Source: Smithellaceae bacterium
GTDB lineage: Bacteria > Desulfobacterota > Syntrophia > Syntrophales > Smithellaceae
Assembly (NCBI GenBank): GCA_963667845.2
Contig: CAXXVL010000002.1
Coordinates: forward strand, 1,024,001-1,088,000
Direction of reading: 5' to 3'
Length of the DNA stretch: 64,000 nucleotides
The notes beneath the pieces are model-generated. The model worked only from the letters and a program-made list of their open reading frames with translations. It did not search any database and had not been told where the DNA came from. This document shows, piece by piece, positions 57,985-64,000 of the stretch. Position numbers and translations under genes: made by a program. Numbering within the stretch: position 1 is the stretch's first letter; each line of letters starts with the position of its first letter.

Positions 57985-59286
57985 ATGAGAATTCTCTATA
58001 ACATTCTTCTGTTGATGGTTGCGATTCCAGGAGTTTTGTTTTTTCTGCTCAAGATGCTCATAACAGGTAAATATCGCCACAGTTTTCTCCAAAAACTTGG
58101 TGCCCGGCAAAATCATCTCTTATCCGGCCTGCCAGCCGGCGGACGGATCTGGATTCATGCCGTATCGGTTGGCGAAGTGACGGCGGCCGCACCGGTTGTG
58201 GCCGCATTAAAGAAACAGAAACCGGAAATACGGATTATTTTTTCAACGTCTACGGAAACAGGTCAAGGGATGGCGCACCGGTTGGTTTCCGGGGCGGACG
58301 CTTTTATTTACTTTCCTTTGGATATTTTTTTTGCCGTACATCATATGCTGAATCTCGTTCGGCCAGACGTCTTTGTTCTTGTCGAGACGGAACTCTGGCC
58401 GAATTTTCTAGCCGCCTGCCGTTCACGCGGCATCAAAGTCGTTTTGGTCAACGGCAGGATTTCCCCCCGCTCCTTTATGAAATACTATCGGACCCGGTCT
58501 TTTTGGAAACAGGTTCTCGCTAACATAGATAAGGCCGGGATGATTACGGACGTTGATGCGGACAGAATCAGAAAGATCGGTCTTGCAGATTCCAGGATCG
58601 GCGTATTGGGAAATGCTAAATATGACGCGCTCGCGGCAATGGTGTCACAGGAACTGTACGAGGACACTGCGCGCCGGTTTAATGTGCAGCCCGATGAAAG
58701 ATTTTTCGTCGCCGGCAGCACACATCCGGGGGAAGAAGAAGCTGTTATTTATGTGTATCGTGAAGTGCTGAAGCGCTATCCGGACTTCAAATTGATCCTT
58801 GTGCCGCGCCATGTCGAACGGGCCAATGAAGTGGTGGCTTTGCTGGGCCGTGCCGGTTTCAACGACGTTGTTACGGTATCGCAGATGCGCGGCGGTCGCA
58901 AACGATCGCAGGAAAGAGTCATCGTCGTCGATGTGATTGGCGAACTCTTTAAAGTCTACTCGTTGGCAACAATCGTGTATTGCGGCGGGTCCTTAGTTCC
59001 AAAAGGCGGGCAGAATATTCTGGAGGCGGCAGCCTGGGGCAAAGTAATCTTTTATGGCCCGTCGATGGAAGACTTTACCGAAGAAGCGGCGCTCTTGGAA
59101 GATGCGGGCGCCGGGATTCGCATTGCCAATGCGCAAGAACTTTTGGACGGTGTCCTGCAATTGCTGGCTGATCCGCCTGATTTGCAGAGGCGAGGTGAAA
59201 GTGGCCAAAGGGTCGTCCGTGCAAATATGGGCGCCGCCGAAAGATATGCGGAGATCGTGATCAGTTACATCGATAAGCATGCCTGA
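57985..59286 (+). CDS. waaA: 3-deoxy-D-manno-octulosonic acid (Kdo) transferase
   Basis: Motifs WIHAVSVGE, ETELWPN, NGRIS, AGSTH, PRH and GGQNILE. Confidence 0.97.
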   Translation: MRILYNILLLMVAIPGVLFFLLKMLITGKYRHSFLQKLGARQNHLLSGLPAGGRIWIHAVSVGEVTAAAPVVAALKKQKPEIRIIFSTSTETGQGMAHRLVSGADAFIYFPLDIFFAVHHMLNLVRPDVFVLVETELWPNFLAACRSRGIKVVLVNGRISPRSFMKYYRTRSFWKQVLANIDKAGMITDVDADRIRKIGLADSRIGVLGNAKYDALAAMVSQELYEDTARRFNVQPDERFFVAGSTHPGEEEAVIYVYREVLKRYPDFKLILVPRHVERANEVVALLGRAGFNDVVTVSQMRGGRKRSQERVIVVDVIGELFKVYSLATIVYCGGSLVPKGGQNILEAAAWGKVIFYGPSMEDFTEEAALLEDAGAGIRIANAQELLDGVLQLLADPPDLQRRGESGQRVVRANMGAAERYAEIVISYIDKHA

Positions 59287-59432
59287 CAATCACACGAGGC
59301 GGCCTGGGGCGGCAAATCCCTCGGGACAGGCATAATCTTTCGGGTTCGAAGATGGAGGACTGAAGTTGTCTTGACAGCCGATGAAAAGATGATAAAAAAG
59401 ATACAGGCTCAGTCAATAGGGAGGTTAAGCTT

Positions 59433-60416
59433 ATGCTGAAAAAATACGAAGCGGCAAGCGAACTGGTTAACCTGAACAGAACGTTTATGGCCAGAGCGGT
59501 TGTTAACAAGTACCTGAACAGAACAAACCTGATTTGCTATTCCGAACTCTCGAGGCTGATCGGCTGCGAGGCCTTCGTCAAGCACGAAAACCACAATCCA
59601 ACCGGATCATTCAAGATTCGGGGTGCGCTTAATTTCTTCCATCATATGTCCCGCGAAGAACTGGATGCCGGTATCCTCGTTGCAACCCGGGGCAATCACG
59701 GTCTGGCCATGGCGTGGGCAGGTCAATGGTTTCACGTGCCCTGCACGGTGGTCGTTCCGGAAAACAACAACCCCGAAATCAACAGGACCATTGAAAGCTA
59801 CGGCGCGGAGTTGATCGTCCACGGCGAAGACTTCTACGATGCTCAATCTTACTGTGATGAACTGGTGGACAGTGCGGGCTACTACTACGTTCAGCAGGGC
59901 AACGAACCGGAAATACTCAACGGCATTGCCACGATGGGCATTGAAATTCTGGAGGACCTTCCTGAAGTTGACACGATCATTTGTCCGATTGGCGGCGGTG
60001 CCGGCTGCGCATCGCTTTTAAAGACCGCGCGCGCCATCAAGCCGGGTATCGAGATCATCGGCGTTGAGCCCGAGAATGCGCCTTCCTTCTATACCGCATG
60101 GAAAAAAAGGGAAATTGTCACTCTGGATGACGCGCATACCATTGCCGACGGCCTGGCCGCAAGAACGGTATTCCAACTGCCTTATGTCATTCTCAAGGAT
60201 GCCATTAATGACGTGATTCTCCTGACGGAAGAGGAAATATTGCAGGGGATAAGAATGGCGCTGACTGCCACGCATAATTTAGCTGAATCCGCCGGAGCCG
60301 TCTCGCTGATGGCCGCTTATAAAATCAAGGACCGGCTTCGCGGCAAGAAAGTGGTTATGATTATGTCCGGCGGCAATCTGAACATGGATCATCTGAAAAC
60401 GGCTATCGGATGTTAG
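59433..60416 (+). CDS. PLP-dependent threonine/serine dehydratase family protein, no ACT domain
   Basis: KHEN..PTGSFKIRGA (PLP Lys), ATRGNHG, PIGGGAG, TIADG and SGGN. Confidence 0.9.
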   Translation: MLKKYEAASELVNLNRTFMARAVVNKYLNRTNLICYSELSRLIGCEAFVKHENHNPTGSFKIRGALNFFHHMSREELDAGILVATRGNHGLAMAWAGQWFHVPCTVVVPENNNPEINRTIESYGAELIVHGEDFYDAQSYCDELVDSAGYYYVQQGNEPEILNGIATMGIEILEDLPEVDTIICPIGGGAGCASLLKTARAIKPGIEIIGVEPENAPSFYTAWKKREIVTLDDAHTIADGLAARTVFQLPYVILKDAINDVILLTEEEILQGIRMALTATHNLAESAGAVSLMAAYKIKDRLRGKKVVMIMSGGNLNMDHLKTAIGC

Positions 60417-60548
60417 CGTGGCGGGCATCTCAGAGGTCAAATCTGCAGTTGGCACAGGCAGATAAATCACTAAGGTTAAAATATGAGGGCTCCGTTGGGC
60501 AAGTGGGAGCTCTCCATAGAATAAGAAGCAAAAGGAGTTTCACGAGTT

Positions 60549-62240
60549 ATGATAGAAGCAACACCCTCCAACCCCGCACCTACTGATTTTATCCGGGACA
60601 TCATCGATGAAGATTTGAGGACGAACAAACACGCCGGGCGTGTAGCCACCCGTTTTCCGCCGGAGCCGAACGGCTACATTCATATCGGACATGCCAAGTC
60701 GGTTTGCCTCAATTTCGGTCTGGCGATTCAGTATCAGGGGACCTGCAACCTTCGGCTGGATGACACGGACCCCGCGGGTGAGTCCATGGAATTTGTGGAA
60801 TCCATTATCCGCGATGTTCACTGGTTGGGATTTGACTGGGAGGATCGTCTGTTTTATGCCTCCGATTATTTTGAAAAATTGTATGCATTTGCTGTCGAGA
60901 TGATCAAGTCCGGTAGCGCTTACGTGTGCAGCTTAAATCCGGATGAAATGAGGGAGTACCGGGGAACCTTCACCGAGCCGGGTAAGGACAGTCCGGATCG
61001 CGACCGCTCCGTCGTGGAGAATTTGGACCTGTTCGAACGAATGCGGGCCGGTGAATTTGCCGACGGCGCTTATACGCTGCGCGCGAAAATCGACATGGCG
61101 GCACCGAACATTGTCATGCGGGATCCGATCCTCTATCGCATCAAACGCGAACCCCACTATCGGACAGGGACGAAATGGGTCATTTACCCCATGTATGACT
61201 TTGCGCACTGTCTCTCCGATGCTCTTGAAGGTATCACGCATTCTATTTGCACGCTGGAGTTTGAAAACAACCGTCCGCTCTATGACTGGATTGTCGAGCG
61301 GCTGATCCCTGCCAACCGTCCGAAGCAGATTGAATTTGCCCGGCTGAGTGTAAGTTATACCGTGCTCAGCAAGCGCCGGCTTATTGAACTGGTGCAGAAA
61401 GGCTATGTGAACGGCTGGGATGATCCGCGCATGCCCACCGTAACGGGGATGAGACGGCGCGGCTACACACCGGAAGCCATTCGCAAATTCTGCGCCGAGA
61501 TCGGTGTAGCCAAAAATGACAACCTGATTGACGTCGCGCTCCTCGAACACTGCGTCCGCGATGATCTCAATGAACGGTCGCCGCGGGCGATGGGTGTTTT
61601 GCATCCTTTGCGGGTCGTAATCGACAATTACCCGGAGGATCAGGTTGAATCCTTCGAGTGCCAAAATCATCCACAGCGTCCCGAGATGGGTGTAAGGCAG
61701 GTTCCGTTTTCCAAGGTGCTCTATATCGAGCGTGACGATTTCATGGAAGATCCGCCGAAAAAATATCACCGTCTTGGGCCGGGACGCGAAGTCCGCCTCC
61801 GTAACGCTTACATCATAAAATTTGCAAGCATGGTGAAGGACGAGAAAACCGGTGAGGTGATTGAAATCCACTGTACTTACGATCCTGCAACCCGCAATGC
61901 GCCGCCGGCGGACGGGCGCAAGGTGCCGGGCGTGATTCACTGGCTGTCGGTCCAGCATGCGATACCGGCGGAAGTGCGGTTATACGACCGGTTGTTCAGT
62001 ATCGAGGATCCGGGAAGTGAGGAAGATTTTATCAAATATTTAAACCCGAATTCTCTGGAAACCGTGACAACCTGCTATGTCGAGCAAAGCCTGAAGGACG
62101 GCGTTCCGGGAAGCCGGTATCAGTTCGAAAGACTGGGATACTTCTGTGTAGACGAGAAAGATACCAAGGCCGGGCGACCCGTTTTTAATCGCGTTGTGCC
62201 GTTAAGAGATTCTTGGACTAAAATTGCCGAAAGAAAGTAA
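60549..62240 (+). CDS. glnS: Glutamine-tRNA ligase
   Basis: [36 protein letters not shown] and QFERLGYF. Confidence 0.98.
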   Translation: MIEATPSNPAPTDFIRDIIDEDLRTNKHAGRVATRFPPEPNGYIHIGHAKSVCLNFGLAIQYQGTCNLRLDDTDPAGESMEFVESIIRDVHWLGFDWEDRLFYASDYFEKLYAFAVEMIKSGSAYVCSLNPDEMREYRGTFTEPGKDSPDRDRSVVENLDLFERMRAGEFADGAYTLRAKIDMAAPNIVMRDPILYRIKREPHYRTGTKWVIYPMYDFAHCLSDALEGITHSICTLEFENNRPLYDWIVERLIPANRPKQIEFARLSVSYTVLSKRRLIELVQKGYVNGWDDPRMPTVTGMRRRGYTPEAIRKFCAEIGVAKNDNLIDVALLEHCVRDDLNERSPRAMGVLHPLRVVIDNYPEDQVESFECQNHPQRPEMGVRQVPFSKVLYIERDDFMEDPPKKYHRLGPGREVRLRNAYIIKFASMVKDEKTGEVIEIHCTYDPATRNAPPADGRKVPGVIHWLSVQHAIPAEVRLYDRLFSIEDPGSEEDFIKYLNPNSLETVTTCYVEQSLKDGVPGSRYQFERLGYFCVDEKDTKAGRPVFNRVVPLRDSWTKIAERK

Positions 62241-62280
62241 AGAATAACCTCGGGAAATGGCGGTTTGAGTTGATAATGAT

Positions 62281-62354
62281 TGGCTGGGGAACAAGGATTC
62301 GAACCTTGATTAACGGAGTCAGAGTCCGTCGTCCTACCATTGAACGATTCCCCA
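62281..62354 (-). tRNA. tRNA-Gln (CTG)
   Basis: TGGGGAATCGTTCAATGGTAGGACGACGGACTCTGACTCCGTTAATCAAGGTTCGAATCCTTGTTCCCCAGCCA forms a cloverleaf with CCA. Confidence 0.97.
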
Positions 62355-62413
62355 GTAGGAACTACTATTGAAGAACTCGCACGCAAGATCGATCCGACCT
62401 TCGAGCGGGGGTG

Positions 62414-62442
62414 ACTATAATGCGATTGAATTTATATGTCAA
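62414..62442 (-). promoter_or_regulatory. sigma70 promoter of tRNA-Gln with a GC-rich discriminator
   Basis: TTGACA-17 bp-TATAGT followed by CACCCCCGC. Confidence 0.8.
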
Positions 62443-62526
62443 TAAAATTTCTTCACGGATATCAACGGATGGCCTGACAACGTTACAATTGGCCGGGTTG
62501 CACTCAGTCGATAAGAGATAGCGTCG

Positions 62527-63555
62527 ATGCGTTACGTCATCTTTGGAAAAACGGGCATGAAAGTTTCCGAGTTGGGATTCGGGGGAATTCCCCTGATCCG
62601 CCTGAATAAGGAGACAGCCCTGAACGTGTTGCGGCGGGCGTATGATCAAGGCATTACTTTCTATGATACAGCCAATATGTATCTGGACAGCGAGGAAAAA
62701 ATCGGGCTGGCTTTTCAGGGAATGCGCGACCGCGTGATCATTGCCTCCAAGTCCCTGAAGCGTGATGCGTCAGGCATGACCGATCACGTTGAGAAAACCC
62801 TTCAGCGGCTTCAGACGGACTATATCGATCTCTATCAGCTGCATCAGGTAGCAAGAGATGCCGATTGGGAAAGCGTTATGGCGCCGGGCGGAGCCATGGA
62901 AGCGCTGCTTCGCGCCAGGGAGCAGGGGAAAGTCCGGCATATCGGCCTCACCTCGCACAGCCTGCAGATGGCCATAAAAGCCGTTAAAACGGACCTATTC
63001 AGTTCCATTCAATTCCCCTTCAATTTTATCGAAATTGCGGCAAAAGACGAACTCTTTAAAATAGCGAGCGAAAAGAACATCGGTATTCTGGCGATGAAGC
63101 CCTTTGCCGGCGGGATGATCGACAATGCCGATATCGCTTTCAAGTTTTTGCGGCAGTATCCCGTCGTCATCCCCATTCCGGGCTTTGATTCCATAGAAGC
63201 AGTTGATCAGGTTGCGTCCTTCTATGGCAATGAGAACCGGGTCACTCAAAGCGATCTCGATCTGATGGAGCGGTACAGGACTGAGTTGGGCAAGCAGTTC
63301 TGCCGCCGCTGCGAATATTGCATGCCTTGTCCAAATGGCGTGATGATCACCCCGGCCATGGGATACCGCGTCATTGCCAGCCGGATGTCGCCTGCTGTTG
63401 CCGTCCAGTTTTCCCGTTTGCCCATGGAAAGTATCCTGAAGTGCGATGCCTGCGGCGCCTGCGTGGAAAAGTGCCCCTATGAGTTGCCCATTCCGGATCT
63501 GCTGAAGTCGTTTTATGATCTTTATGAACAGCACCGCAAGGGGAACCGCCCGTGA
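62527..63555 (+). CDS. Aldo/keto reductase with a C-terminal 4Fe-4S dicluster domain
   Basis: YDTANMY, IASK, DYIDLYQLH and AMKP; CRRCEYCMPCP and CDACGACVEKCP. Confidence 0.94.
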   Translation: MRYVIFGKTGMKVSELGFGGIPLIRLNKETALNVLRRAYDQGITFYDTANMYLDSEEKIGLAFQGMRDRVIIASKSLKRDASGMTDHVEKTLQRLQTDYIDLYQLHQVARDADWESVMAPGGAMEALLRAREQGKVRHIGLTSHSLQMAIKAVKTDLFSSIQFPFNFIEIAAKDELFKIASEKNIGILAMKPFAGGMIDNADIAFKFLRQYPVVIPIPGFDSIEAVDQVASFYGNENRVTQSDLDLMERYRTELGKQFCRRCEYCMPCPNGVMITPAMGYRVIASRMSPAVAVQFSRLPMESILKCDACGACVEKCPYELPIPDLLKSFYDLYEQHRKGNRP

Positions 63556-63657
63556 GTGCTCCGGAGTTGAAAGATTTCGAAATCTGCCCAGGCAAAAAAG
63601 GGCACGCGGGCTTTAAATTGCTTTGTCATAGAGTAAAATCCTCAGTGGAGCGATACG

Positions 63658-64000
63658 ATGAGAGCGTTGTTTAAATCAATTTTTTTTGTCTGGATTATCC
63701 TATGGGCGGCCATAGCAACCCTTGTCCTGGCTGTCCCCATCATCGTCGCGGGTCTTTTCAGCCGCACCGGCAATTTCGCATTCTCCCTGTCGAAACTCTG
63801 GGCCTACACCATGCTGGCTGTCTCTTTCGTTCGGACGGAAATAAAGAACAAAGAAAAAATTCATGAAGGAACGTCGTATATTATTATTTCCAACCACCAA
63901 TCGCTTTACGATATCATTGCGCTGGTCACCAGGCTCGGCATTCAATACCGCTGGTTTATCAAAAAAGAAGTCCTCAAAATTCCGCTTTTCGGCTACGGGT
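63658..64000 (+). CDS. plsC: 1-acyl-sn-glycerol-3-phosphate acyltransferase (PlsC family), 3'-truncated
   Basis: Hand translation: hydrophobic N-terminus, NHQSLYD (HX4D) and KKEVLKIPLFG. Confidence 0.88.
   Translation, partial: MRALFKSIFFVWIILWAAIATLVLAVPIIVAGLFSRTGNFAFSLSKLWAYTMLAVSFVRTEIKNKEKIHEGTSYIIISNHQSLYDIIALVTRLGIQYRWFIKKEVLKIPLFGYG

Overview
Mostly core chromosome of an anaerobic Gram-negative bacterium. Gene content and order suggest Desulfobacterota, probably a Syntrophales/Smithella-like fatty-acid oxidiser; this is inference, and no database search was run. Left to right: kdsB (partial), a Cache-type sensor, a secreted lipase-like lipoprotein, an ilvBNCD operon, ponA-tatC-tatA/B, beta-oxidation genes (two 3-hydroxyacyl-CoA dehydrogenases, patatin, a MaoC pair), a sigma54 two-component module with two small secreted proteins, a Bacillus YtpB-like terpene cyclase, transporters, prfC, tRNA-Gly, rimP-nusA-infB-rbfA-nrnA-truB-rpsO-pnp-dut, a methanogen-type homocysteine synthase, HTH-ftsB-pilMNOPQ-TPR pilotin, pepP-gcvH-lipoate ligase, rpsU, LOG, holA, NYN nuclease, rpe, waaA, a Thr/Ser dehydratase, glnS, tRNA-Gln, an aldo/keto reductase and plsC (partial). 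No CRISPR array, prophage, integrase or transposase was seen. The strongest hidden signal is in the ilv operon. An unlisted 34-aa Ile/Leu/Val-rich leader peptide sits over a classic attenuator whose first terminator arm is perfectly complementary to a second terminator, suggesting a relay that controls two terminators. The same operon encodes an IlvN with Asp at the valine-feedback Gly and an IlvC with an acidic cofactor loop. Other notable items: a consensus sigma54 promoter driving an Asr-like disordered periplasmic protein, a PilQ apparently lacking its N3-type ring domain, and a candidate structured RNA upstream of rpsU. All RNA pairings were read by eye, and family assignments come from recalled motifs.
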